Counted from the stretch's first letter, positions 7,161-16,218 are shown. The stretch: 20,000 bases of DNA from an uncultured virus (IMG/VR IMGVR_UViG_3300044627_003100) (IMGVR_UViG_3300044627_003100), one strand, 5' to 3'. Translations and numbers: made by a program. Notes: generated by a model from the sequence alone, not told the origin.

Positions 7161-7844
7161 ATGGGAAAAGGAGTATTAATTATTGCAGAATCAGGTACAG
7201 GTAAATCTACATCTATTGAAAATTTAGATCCTGATAGTACATTTATTATTAATGTAGCTAATAAACCTCTTCCATTTAGAGGATGGAAGAAAAGATTCAC
7301 TATTTGGACTAAAGATAACCAAGCAGGAAATTTGTATTCAGGTAGTAAACCTGAACAAATTGAAGCAGCGTTAGTATATGTAAATAGTAAACGTCCTGAG
7401 ATTAAAACAGTAGTGATAGATGACTTTCAATACATGTCTAGTTTTGAATTTTTTGATAGAGCAAGTGAGAAAGGTTATGAAAAATTTACAGAAATTGGTG
7501 GACACTTAGCTCGTATAAGTAGACTTCCTAAAGATTTACGTGATGATCTTACTGTTTATTATCTAACACATTCAGAAGAAGGAACTGATATTGAAGGTAA
7601 AAAACGATATAAAGCTAAAACCATTGGTAAAATGGTTGATGAAAAGCTTACATTAGAAGGTTTATTTTCTATTGTACTATATGGTAAAGTTAAAAGAGAT
7701 GCTAATGGTGCAACTAGATATGTGTTTGAAACACAAACAACTGGTGATAATACATGCAAAAGTCCAAAAGGTATGTTCAAAGATTTTGAAATACCTAATG
7801 ATTTAGCATATGTTAATGAAGCTATTTCTGATTTTGAAAACTAA
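7161..7844 (+). CDS. Sak4-like / AAA_24 P-loop ATPase (ssDNA-annealing recombinase)
   Basis: Walker A AESGTGKST, Walker B VVIDD, YLTH, KTIGKM and a C-terminal CKSP...IPND. Followed by an SSB-like gene, the typical sak4-ssb order. Confidence 0.8.
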   Translation: MGKGVLIIAESGTGKSTSIENLDPDSTFIINVANKPLPFRGWKKRFTIWTKDNQAGNLYSGSKPEQIEAALVYVNSKRPEIKTVVIDDFQYMSSFEFFDRASEKGYEKFTEIGGHLARISRLPKDLRDDLTVYYLTHSEEGTDIEGKKRYKAKTIGKMVDEKLTLEGLFSIVLYGKVKRDANGATRYVFETQTTGDNTCKSPKGMFKDFEIPNDLAYVNEAISDFEN

Positions 7845-7880
7845 TTTTTCTAATTCTTAATTTAATAAAAACAAAACGTT

Positions 7881-8504
7881 ATGTTTAGTACAAAAGGACA
7901 AGAAGTAAAACAAGGTGGAACACCAAAATCATTACAACCTGGTGTAGTTTATGCAAAAATCCATAGTTCACAAGTTAGAACATCTAGTAAGGGAGACAAG
8001 AAAATTCTTGAATTAACCTTAGTGGCAAAATCTACAGATCCAGATTTTGAAGGATGGCCTCTTGACAAAGACAATCCAGATGGACCAAAGTATACAGGAC
8101 CATGTTCTCGTGTTTCTGCTACTATTTGGACAGATCAATTTCAAACGGATGATGTTAATAAAAATGACATCTTAAATAAGTTTATTGTTATTGCAAAAGA
8201 ATTAGGTCTTAGAGATGAAATTGACCTTCTTTCTACTAATAAAGCAATAACAAGTATTGAAGAGTGGGCAGCTGCTGCTACAGAAATACTAAAAGGACAT
8301 AATGCTTATTGGTTTTTGAAAGGATCAGAAGAAGAATACAATGATAAAACAATTACTAAATTGTCTTTACCAAAGTATAAATTTATCTCTACTGATGAAT
8401 CAAAACTTGATAAGTTTGATAAAACAAATAAGTATCATTTTAAACCATTGTCAAAATCTAATGTAACTAGTTTTGAACCAGCTAGTAATGATTTTGAAAT
8501 GTAA
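7881..8504 (+). CDS. Putative single-stranded DNA-binding protein
   Basis: Directly follows the Sak4-like gene, has a beta-rich N-terminal half (LQPGVVYAKI...ILELTLV) and an acidic/aromatic C-terminal tip (SNDFEM). Confidence 0.55.
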   Translation: MFSTKGQEVKQGGTPKSLQPGVVYAKIHSSQVRTSSKGDKKILELTLVAKSTDPDFEGWPLDKDNPDGPKYTGPCSRVSATIWTDQFQTDDVNKNDILNKFIVIAKELGLRDEIDLLSTNKAITSIEEWAAAATEILKGHNAYWFLKGSEEEYNDKTITKLSLPKYKFISTDESKLDKFDKTNKYHFKPLSKSNVTSFEPASNDFEM

Positions 8505-8531
8505 TTCTTTATACTTTCTATCCTAAAATGC

Positions 8532-8563
8532 GGGGGGTGTTTCTACACCCCCCTATATTTTTT
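8532..8563 (+). terminator. Rho-independent terminator
   Basis: GGGGGGTGT-TTCT-ACACCCCCC stem-loop followed by TATATTTTTT. Confidence 0.8.
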
Positions 8564-8586
8564 ATACATGTTTATAAACTAATAGT

Positions 8587-9576
8587 ATGTTTAAAACAAA
8601 GAATCTTGTACATGATGTAAAAGATGTACCAACTACATGGATATTTGAAACTTATTGTAAACTTAAAGAAAAGCTAATAGGGCAAGATGTAAAAATAAAA
8701 AGTTTATTCAATAGTAAAGAACGTACACCTTCAATGTGTATCTATGTAGCAGATGATAAAAGAAAAATATATAAATATAAAGATTTTTCTTCTGGTAAAG
8801 GAGGCTCAGCTATAGATCTTGTAAAAGATATTGAACAGCTTTCTTATTACAAAACTTGCCAACAAATAGTAGAAAAATATAATGACTTTATATTGCATAA
8901 TAATGGTGGGTATGACTTAAAAGAGTTTAAACAAGCTAGTAAGTATAAAGTGAAATCATATATGTTTCGTTCTTGGAACACTTCTGATCAATATTATTGG
9001 ACTCAGTTTAATATAGGTTCACGTTTACTAAATGAATACTGTGTTCGTCCTTTAGAATATTACACATTAGAAAAAGAAGTTGAAGGAGAATTAAATAGTC
9101 TTACTATTCATGGTAATTACTTATATGGTTATTTTAAAAAAGATGAAACTCTTTATAAAATATACCAACCAAAAACTCTAGATAAAAAATTTATTAAAGT
9201 GAATGATTATATACAAGGAACTGAACAATTAAATAATTCTAAATATTTAGTTATTACAAGTTCTCTTAAAGATGTAATGTCTTTAAGAAGCCTTAAAATG
9301 GATATGGATGTAATTGCTCCTGATTCTGAAAATACATTTATTCGTAAAGAACAAATGCTAGAATACATTAAAAACTATAAAAAAGTGATAGTTTTATTTG
9401 ATTATGACGAAGCAGGTATACAATCTCTGGCAAAGTATAAAATCACCTATCCAGAAGTGGCTGTAGCTGTTTTACCTATGAGTAAAGATATTTCTGATAG
9501 CATAAAAGACCATGGAGCAAAGAAAGTATTATTAACACTAGTTCCATTATTAGATAAAAAATTACAGGATTTATAA
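8587..9576 (+). CDS. DNA primase (DnaG-like Toprim, crAss-like type)
   Basis: Degenerate CHC2-like N-terminus (SLFNSKERTPSM...YKDFSSGKGGSAIDLV), Toprim DxD motif VLFDYDEAG, and C-terminal KDISD. Confidence 0.85.
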   Translation: MFKTKNLVHDVKDVPTTWIFETYCKLKEKLIGQDVKIKSLFNSKERTPSMCIYVADDKRKIYKYKDFSSGKGGSAIDLVKDIEQLSYYKTCQQIVEKYNDFILHNNGGYDLKEFKQASKYKVKSYMFRSWNTSDQYYWTQFNIGSRLLNEYCVRPLEYYTLEKEVEGELNSLTIHGNYLYGYFKKDETLYKIYQPKTLDKKFIKVNDYIQGTEQLNNSKYLVITSSLKDVMSLRSLKMDMDVIAPDSENTFIRKEQMLEYIKNYKKVIVLFDYDEAGIQSLAKYKITYPEVAVAVLPMSKDISDSIKDHGAKKVLLTLVPLLDKKLQDL

Positions 9577-9586
9577 TTTTCTAAAC

Positions 9587-9594
9587 TAAATTTG
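9587..9594 (+). promoter_or_regulatory. Bacteroidota -7 promoter element (TAnnTTTG)
   Basis: TAAATTTG in the intergenic gap, 18 nt before the HNH ATG. Confidence 0.5.
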
Positions 9595-9612
9595 TATAGA
9601 AAATAGAATAAT

Positions 9613-10011
9613 ATGGCTAAAAAGACCACAAGAAAACCTCGTGTACCTAAAACTAAAAATGCAGGTACAATGACAGAAGCTGCCTTCTGGAGTTTTATAC
9701 GTTCAGGTCTTAGACAGAAGTCTAGATGGTGGAAACCCATCACTCAGTGTAAGCTAAAAGCTAAACGAACATACAAAGGACCCAACAAAAGACAAAAGTT
9801 TGAGTATCAATGTAATGTATGTAAACTTTGGTTTGCAGAAAAGCATATTAATGTAGACCATATACAACCTGCTGGAAGCTTAAACTGTGCACAAGATCTT
9901 CCTGGATTTGTAGAAAGACTGTTCTGTGAAATAGATAATCTGCAGGTGCTTTGTATCCAATGTCATGACACTAAAAGCAAAGATGACAAGTTAAGATTAA
10001 AACAAAATTAG
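9613..10011 (+). CDS. HNH endonuclease with a zinc-binding motif
   Basis: CNVC...VDHIQP...NLQVLCIQCHDTKS. Confidence 0.88.
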   Translation: MAKKTTRKPRVPKTKNAGTMTEAAFWSFIRSGLRQKSRWWKPITQCKLKAKRTYKGPNKRQKFEYQCNVCKLWFAEKHINVDHIQPAGSLNCAQDLPGFVERLFCEIDNLQVLCIQCHDTKSKDDKLRLKQN

Positions 10012-10018
10012 AAAAGAA

Positions 10019-10273
10019 ATGAATTTATTTGAAAACATCACTGAAACACAATGGCTTAAAATAATATACTGTTATATACAGCATCAGATAAACCCACAGC
10101 CTAGTATTCCTCTTGATTATTTAGAAAGTTTAAATATAGAAGATTTACATGCTATAACACCTGATATGTTTGAAATGCACGAATATACAGAAGAAGATGT
10201 TAAACAATTATTAGAAGTATTAAGTATAATTATTCATAAAAGAGAAAAAAAAGAAGAAAATGAAAAGATTTAA
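10019..10273 (+). CDS. Hypothetical protein
   Basis: 84-aa ORF in tight operon spacing. Confidence 0.65.
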   Translation: MNLFENITETQWLKIIYCYIQHQINPQPSIPLDYLESLNIEDLHAITPDMFEMHEYTEEDVKQLLEVLSIIIHKREKKEENEKI

Positions 10274-10406
10274 AGTGGTTTATATTCCTCACAGTAAGAA
10301 GGAAGAAGAATGGACTTTTATAGGTGCAAAGTCTGTAGAAAGAGTATTACAAATATTTGACTTGGGAGCTATCATATCAATTGTTGAAGCACCTTTTGAA
10401 GAATAA
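10260..10406 (+). CDS. Small hypothetical protein, 48 aa (not in the ORF track)
   Basis: MKRFKVVYIPHSKKEEEWTFIGAKSVERVLQIFDLGAIISIVEAPFEE*. It overlaps the previous stop and fills the gap before 10433. Confidence 0.65.
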   Translation: MKRFKVVYIPHSKKEEEWTFIGAKSVERVLQIFDLGAIISIVEAPFEE

Positions 10407-10432
10407 ACTAAAAATCATAGAAAAAGTAAAAT

Positions 10433-10687
10433 ATGCCTGAATTACATGAAACTATGCTGGGACGTATGCTTATAGAACATACTCTACCAGAAATTGCACT
10501 TCAACTTAAAAGAATTGCAGATGAACTAAAAAACAATAATGCAGAAGAAATAAGGTTAAAAGAAAGATATAAAACTCTTTCTGAATTAGACGCAGATCCT
10601 ACAAGCACACATCGTCTTCATAAAAAAGTGTTAGATGAAATGCATAAAACTTTAGGTATTATTACTAAAAATAATTCACCTGTTTAG
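10433..10687 (+). CDS. Hypothetical phage protein
   Basis: 84 aa with an A-rich leader. N-terminal MPELHETMLGR...LPEIALQLKRIADEL helix. Confidence 0.7.
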   Translation: MPELHETMLGRMLIEHTLPEIALQLKRIADELKNNNAEEIRLKERYKTLSELDADPTSTHRLHKKVLDEMHKTLGIITKNNSPV

Positions 10688-10702
10688 AATAAATAAATAG
10701 AT

Positions 10703-11020
10703 ATGCCAAACCAAAAGAACAAAGAAGAACTAATGCAAAAAGTTATTGAACAAGTGAGCGAAGATATTCACTTTCATGATCATGAAGCTTTAGAAGAATT
10801 ATTAAACTTCATACCTATAGAATATCTAATAGGATATTTACCAGAAGAAGACTGGTCTAGTTTCAAAAAGATAAAAGAAGAAGAAACTAAAGAATTTATT
10901 GATGTTATAGATTTAATAAGTTTTTTAGAATATGAAGAAGGATATACAGTTGATCCAAAAAGTCAAAAACGTATACGAACTAAGCTTGAAGAACTTGGGG
11001 TGTGGAAAAAGAATAAATAA
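10703..11020 (+). CDS. Hypothetical acidic protein
   Basis: 105-aa ORF with an A-rich leader. Confidence 0.7.
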   Translation: MPNQKNKEELMQKVIEQVSEDIHFHDHEALEELLNFIPIEYLIGYLPEEDWSSFKKIKEEETKEFIDVIDLISFLEYEEGYTVDPKSQKRIRTKLEELGVWKKNK

Positions 11021-11037
11021 CATAAAATAAATAAACA

Positions 11038-12066
11038 ATGGAACTAGAAAGTATAATGGAAGAATCTATAAATATTTTAGAAGAAAGTTTCTATAATAAG
11101 AAGTTTTACTACTCATATAGTAGTTTAAATAAACTTTTATGGAATCCTACTATATTTTATCATTTGTATGTACTTGGATTAAAACAAGAAAAAGTAGAAC
11201 AGCATTTAATACAAGGTAAACTTATTCACCTGCTTCTACTAGAACCTGAGAAGTTTAAAGAAAAGTTTTTAATGATTCCAGATAACTTACCGAAAGACAA
11301 TGTAAAAATTGTAATAGATAGAGTTTTCAGTCATTATTCAGAACTTGCTAGAAATGGTGACACGCGTACAGAATTAGAAGAATTTCAAGGTGCTTTGTTA
11401 GATGTAATGAGAGATATTAATTATCATCAAAGTTTGAAAACAGACGCCCAAAGAATAGATAAAATAATTACAGATGATACTAAAAGTTATTGGAAATTTC
11501 TTAAACTTAAAGCTGATAAAACATTAGTAGATGAACCTACCTATAAGTATTGTTATGATGCTGTAGAAATAGTTAAAACTAATAGTAAGATATGTAAGCT
11601 AATAGGTTGTAATATATCAGATTTTGATAATGTAAAAGTGATTAATGAGCTAGAAGCATCTATAGACTTCTCTAGTAAATCATATGGATTAAAAGGTATT
11701 ATTGATAACATAGTGATTAATCATGATGAAAAAATTATATATATCAATGATATTAAAACTACTAGTAAAGAACTAAAAGATTTTAGTGAATCTATAGAAT
11801 ACTATTCTTACTGGTTACAAGCTATAATGTATATGATTATGGCAGACTTTTTATTCCGTGATTTAATAGACCAAGGTTATAATGTGAAGTTTCATTTTGT
11901 AGTGATTGATAAAGCATTTCAGACTTATGCATTTCCTGTATCAGAAAATACATTAAACAGCTGGTTAGATAGATTTAACGAAGTTATTGAAAAAGCTGAA
12001 TGGCATTATAAAAATAAAAATTATGAACTTCCATATGATTTTGCAAATGATTTAGTAATTTTATAA
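11038..12066 (+). CDS. PD-(D/E)XK exonuclease (RecE/ExoVIII- or Cas4-like phage nuclease)
   Basis: N-terminal SYSSL and GKLIHLLLLEP, catalytic LKGIIDNI...INDIKTT, and YWLQAIMY. Confidence 0.85.
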   Translation: MELESIMEESINILEESFYNKKFYYSYSSLNKLLWNPTIFYHLYVLGLKQEKVEQHLIQGKLIHLLLLEPEKFKEKFLMIPDNLPKDNVKIVIDRVFSHYSELARNGDTRTELEEFQGALLDVMRDINYHQSLKTDAQRIDKIITDDTKSYWKFLKLKADKTLVDEPTYKYCYDAVEIVKTNSKICKLIGCNISDFDNVKVINELEASIDFSSKSYGLKGIIDNIVINHDEKIIYINDIKTTSKELKDFSESIEYYSYWLQAIMYMIMADFLFRDLIDQGYNVKFHFVVIDKAFQTYAFPVSENTLNSWLDRFNEVIEKAEWHYKNKNYELPYDFANDLVIL

Positions 12067-12080
12067 AAATTATTTTATAG

Positions 12081-12647
12081 ATGAAACAAGACTTGCAAAA
12101 AATTACTGATGTATACGGGAAGTATTTTCAGAAATCTAGATCTTTTTTATATCCTTTATTAGGTATAAAAAAGATCTCTGATTTCCCACCTACAGGTACA
12201 TATATGGCAGTAGAAGGTTTAATACAAATTGAAGATTGTAAATTAATATGTACTTACAAGAAAGAAGAAAGTGCAGAATTTAAATCTTATGAAGAAAAAA
12301 TGTTATTAAACAATCCATTATTTAGTAAAATGATGGATGTAAAAAACTATAACTTATATGTATTTGATTATCAATCATTTGAAAGTGACTGGTTTCATGT
12401 AATTATGGGTAAATATTCTAAATTGAATCCTAAATTAAAAAAAGCTATAAAAGATTATTTTGGAGAAGTTTCAGTTGAATATCGTTACATAGAAACATAT
12501 TTATACCCAGATAGGTATTATGATTTATATGCTACTCTTTTAGATGTGGAAACTAGCAGCATAAAAGCAGTAGGAGAACTTTGTAATCCTTGTGATATTG
12601 ATAAAGAAACATTAAAAATTCCTAAAGAAGATTTGGAGATGTTGTAG
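12081..12647 (+). CDS. Hypothetical protein
   Basis: 188-aa ORF, operonic with the nuclease. Confidence 0.75.
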   Translation: MKQDLQKITDVYGKYFQKSRSFLYPLLGIKKISDFPPTGTYMAVEGLIQIEDCKLICTYKKEESAEFKSYEEKMLLNNPLFSKMMDVKNYNLYVFDYQSFESDWFHVIMGKYSKLNPKLKKAIKDYFGEVSVEYRYIETYLYPDRYYDLYATLLDVETSSIKAVGELCNPCDIDKETLKIPKEDLEML

Positions 12648-12664
12648 AAAACTCTTTAAATTTG
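12632..12664 (+). promoter_or_regulatory. Bacteroidota sigma-A promoter (-33 TTTG / -7 TAnnTTTG)
   Basis: TTTG at 12632-12635 and TAAATTTG at 12657-12664 (21-nt spacer), 20 nt upstream of the 12685 ATG. Confidence 0.65.
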
Positions 12665-12684
12665 TAAAAATAAATTATATACAT

Positions 12685-13095
12685 ATGATGAATTCTATGA
12701 TGCTAGTTACCGGTACTTGGGGTAACACTAAGACATTTAAATTAATTCCTACATCTTCTGAGTGTCCTTTTTTAGAAGGTATTTATGATCGTGACAGTAA
12801 AGTGATGGCACTGATTGGTAAAGATAAGAAAGAAAGCATGCACTTGTTTCCCAAACTTGACGAGAATGGTGATGTTAAAAAACTAAAAATGGGAAGACGT
12901 CAAGATGGTAAAGACTATGCTGAAGAAAGAAAAACAATTGAGTCTTATTATGAGTATTATGTTGAAGAGCCTAGTGAAATTAAAGCAATGGTTACTTATT
13001 TAGCAGCTAATTCATATGACTTTGATTTTCAATCATATCTTGATATAGATAATAAAACTGAAGTGGTAGCACAGGAAGAAGTTACAAAAGATTAA
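12685..13095 (+). CDS. Hypothetical protein
   Basis: 136-aa ORF directly upstream of the polymerase. Confidence 0.75.
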   Translation: MMNSMMLVTGTWGNTKTFKLIPTSSECPFLEGIYDRDSKVMALIGKDKKESMHLFPKLDENGDVKKLKMGRRQDGKDYAEERKTIESYYEYYVEEPSEIKAMVTYLAANSYDFDFQSYLDIDNKTEVVAQEEVTKD

Positions 13096-13143
13096 TTTGT
13101 ACAAAAAAGAGGGGGGACAGCTCAACTGAACAACAAATTACAT

Positions 13144-15273
13144 ATGAGCACTCAACAAACCCATTGGGTTATGGACTATGAGACAATACTTAATTGTTTT
13201 GTAGGTGTATTTGTTCATTATAAAAACGATGACGTAAAGCACGTCTTTATAATTAATAACGATAGAAATGATATAAAAAAGCTTGTCAACTTTCTTCAAA
13301 CATGCGTGACAAGTAAAGAGTGGCATATATCCTATAATGGATTAGCATTTGATGCCCAAATTACTCAGTATATTTTAAATAACTCAGACAGGCTTATAAC
13401 ACTATCCACTAGCAATCTTGCCAGTGACTTGTATAAGTATGCTCAGTCTGTTATAAGCAAGTCTGATAAAGGAGAATTTCAAGACTTTGCTCCTTATAAG
13501 CTTTCTATAAAACAGATAGATTTATTTAAAATGAATCACTGGGATAACAAAGCTAAAATGAGTTCACTAAAATGGATACAATACTCCATGGATTGGACTA
13601 ATGTAGAAGAGATGCCACATCCTCACTATGAACCTGTAATTGATTCTGAAACGCTTAAAAAGATAGTTAGTTATTGTTTAAATGATGTACTTTCTACTAA
13701 AGAAATTATGATGTTTAGTAAAGAACAAATAGTTCTTAGACAAACATTAACAGGTGAATATGGTATTGATCTTTATAGTGCCTCTGAACCTAGAATATCT
13801 AAAGAGTTATTTCTCTATTTCTTGCATAAGAAACTTGGTTGGAATAAGTCTGAGATTAAAACTCTCAGAACACCTAGAGATTATATAGTTTTAGCAGATT
13901 GCATTCTACCCTACATAAACTTTAAAACATCCGTTTTTCAAAATGTATTAAATTATTTCCGTACAAAGGTGATCACATCTACAAAAGAAGGATTTAAACA
14001 CACTATTGAATATAAAGGAGTTAAAACTGATTATGGACTAGGTGGTATACATGGTGCAACAAGTCCTGGAATTTATAAAGTCAAACCAGGATGGACTATA
14101 ATGACATCAGATGTTGTTAGTTTCTATCCAAATTTAGCTATTAAGAACGGATTTCATCCTGCACATCTTCCTAAGAAAGAATTTTCTGAACTGTATGAAT
14201 GGATATTTGAAGAACGTAAAAAGATTCCTAAAACTGATCCTAAAAACTATGTATACAAGATTATTCTAAATAGTACGTATGGTTTAACTGGTGATGAAAA
14301 TAGTTTTCTATACGATCCTAAAATGACTATGCAAATTACTGTAAACGGTCAGCTTAGTCTAAGTATGCTTTACGAGATGATTTGTGAAGAAATACCAGAT
14401 GCTATTCCTCTTATGCAGAATACGGATGGTCTTGAAACAATGATACCAACACATAGTGTAAGTTTGTATATGGATATATGCTCTAAATGGGAGCAAATAA
14501 CTAAACTTGCTCTTGAGCATGACGAATATACAAAAATGATTATTAGAGATGTAAATAATTACATTGCTATTAATAAAGAAGGAAAGGTTAAATCTAAAGG
14601 TGCATTTGAGTGGGAAGACTTAGATAAGAAAAAAGTAGCAGTATTTCATAAAAATAAAAGCTTTCTTATTATTCCTAAAGCTATTTATGCATATTTTGTA
14701 AATGGTATTAAACCTGAAGATTTCTTAGCAGCTAATAAGAATGTATTAGATTATTGTGCTGGTGTAAAAGCCAAAGGAAACTGGAAGATTAATGAAGTTA
14801 GTATAGTACAAGCAATTCCTGAAAAGTATAAGCATTACAATCAATTACAAAAAAGAGAGTATGTTTTAGCTAATGGATGGAGTACTCAATGGAGTGAGGA
14901 CAGCTATGTTAAAGATGAATGGAGAGATAATCCAAAAGTCAACATAGACTGGGCAGGTTGTAATTTAGATACAGCTTTTAATCTTACTATTAAAAAAGAA
15001 GGTGTTTATCAATCTAAATCTTTACAAAAGATTGTTAGATACTTTATCTCTAATAGTGGAGTAAAGCTAGTTAAAGCTCATCCTGATGGTAGACAAATTC
15101 AAGTGGAGGCAGGAGAATGGATGCAAACAGTAGTAAACAATGTAGATAAACAAAAACCATTTGAGGAGTATGATATTAATATGAAATACTACTTAAATGA
15201 AATATACAAACAAATAGAACAAATGGAAATAATTAAATATAAATCCTCAGTTCAATTATCACTTTTTAAATAA
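13144..15273 (+). CDS. polB: Family B DNA polymerase with 3'-5' exonuclease (crAss-like type)
   Basis: Exo I DYET, Exo II YNGLAFD, Exo III YCLNDV; polymerase motif A SDVVSFYP, motif B KIILNSTYG and motif C NTDG. Confidence 0.93.
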   Translation: MSTQQTHWVMDYETILNCFVGVFVHYKNDDVKHVFIINNDRNDIKKLVNFLQTCVTSKEWHISYNGLAFDAQITQYILNNSDRLITLSTSNLASDLYKYAQSVISKSDKGEFQDFAPYKLSIKQIDLFKMNHWDNKAKMSSLKWIQYSMDWTNVEEMPHPHYEPVIDSETLKKIVSYCLNDVLSTKEIMMFSKEQIVLRQTLTGEYGIDLYSASEPRISKELFLYFLHKKLGWNKSEIKTLRTPRDYIVLADCILPYINFKTSVFQNVLNYFRTKVITSTKEGFKHTIEYKGVKTDYGLGGIHGATSPGIYKVKPGWTIMTSDVVSFYPNLAIKNGFHPAHLPKKEFSELYEWIFEERKKIPKTDPKNYVYKIILNSTYGLTGDENSFLYDPKMTMQITVNGQLSLSMLYEMICEEIPDAIPLMQNTDGLETMIPTHSVSLYMDICSKWEQITKLALEHDEYTKMIIRDVNNYIAINKEGKVKSKGAFEWEDLDKKKVAVFHKNKSFLIIPKAIYAYFVNGIKPEDFLAANKNVLDYCAGVKAKGNWKINEVSIVQAIPEKYKHYNQLQKREYVLANGWSTQWSEDSYVKDEWRDNPKVNIDWAGCNLDTAFNLTIKKEGVYQSKSLQKIVRYFISNSGVKLVKAHPDGRQIQVEAGEWMQTVVNNVDKQKPFEEYDINMKYYLNEIYKQIEQMEIIKYKSSVQLSLFK

Positions 15274-15278
15274 TAGTT

Positions 15279-16127
15279 ATGCCTACAAAAACAAGCTTTG
15301 TAACAGAGCAACATTTAAGAACAACACCTCTCCCACAACATGGGGGAAAATATTCTGTAATTAGTCATGGAACAATTATAGACACTGTACGTAAAGAATT
15401 AAGTAATGGAAACTTTACTATTGATAAAGAATTATATAAGACCACCCTTGATGGTCAAGTTGCTCAAGGAATTTATCATCTCAACTATAATGATGGTGGA
15501 GATGCAGATATGGGACTAATGTTTGCATGGTCAAACAGTTATAATAAAACAATGAAATTTAAGTGTGCTATTGGTGGACACGTATTTGTTTGTGACAATG
15601 GAATGGTATCAGGAGATCTTTCTAACTTTCAAAGAAAGCACTTAGGTAAAACAGCCTTTAATGATATGGTTTCATCTATACAATATCAAATTAGTCACGC
15701 TAATGTATACTATACTAATCTTGTAGCAGATAAAGAAATGTTAAAACAAGTGAATCTTACTCAAGCTCAAAAAGGAAGTGTTATAGGACGTCTTCTAATT
15801 GAACAAGATGTTCTTACACTTACACAAGTAGGTATGATACATCGTCAAATAGAAATACCTGCTTACACTTATTCTAATAATCCAGATTCAGCTTGGGATT
15901 TGTACAATCATATAACACTTGCTCTAAAAGATTCACATCCAATGACTTATCTTTCAGATCATCAAAAAGTGCACAACTTTTTTGTAAATGAATTTGGCCA
16001 GTTACAAGATTTGAATGAACCTACAGATAATGGTGATGATGGAACACCTGTAGTTTATCAGAGTGAAGAATTAGTTATGATGGAAGAAGAACCAACTGTT
16101 AAAGAATTTGGTGTTAGTTTTAACTAA
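15279..16127 (+). CDS. DUF932/DUF945-like protein
   Basis: NSYNKT...GGHVFVCDNGMV and SAWDLYNHIT motifs typical of this mobile-element family. Acidic C-terminal tail. Confidence 0.7.
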   Translation: MPTKTSFVTEQHLRTTPLPQHGGKYSVISHGTIIDTVRKELSNGNFTIDKELYKTTLDGQVAQGIYHLNYNDGGDADMGLMFAWSNSYNKTMKFKCAIGGHVFVCDNGMVSGDLSNFQRKHLGKTAFNDMVSSIQYQISHANVYYTNLVADKEMLKQVNLTQAQKGSVIGRLLIEQDVLTLTQVGMIHRQIEIPAYTYSNNPDSAWDLYNHITLALKDSHPMTYLSDHQKVHNFFVNEFGQLQDLNEPTDNGDDGTPVVYQSEELVMMEEEPTVKEFGVSFN

Positions 16128-16156
16128 TATAAATATAGTTTTTTTAGTTTGCAACA

Positions 16157-16199
16157 AAATAGTTCTGGGAGAATAACATCTCCTAGAACTATTTATTTT
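16157..16199 (+). terminator. Long hairpin, probable intrinsic terminator
   Basis: AAATAGTTCTGGGAGA-ATAACA-TCTCCTAGAACTATTT (16-bp stem with one G.U pair) followed by a T-rich tract. Confidence 0.7.
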
Positions 16200-16218
16200 A
16201 ATTTTTAAAAATAGAAAT

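Noticed and set aside
7559..7780. Minus-strand 73-aa ORF
   Set aside because: Antisense shadow of the Sak4-like gene.
9447..9743. Minus-strand 98-aa ORF
   Set aside because: Antisense across the primase and HNH genes with no independent support.
13138..13326. Minus-strand 62-aa ORF
   Set aside because: Antisense shadow of polB.
13144..15273. Intron or intein in polB, or a mobile homing role for the nearby HNH/NUMOD1 genes
   Set aside because: The reading frame is continuous with all motifs normally spaced and no splice-junction signatures. The HNH and NUMOD1-like ORFs are free-standing.
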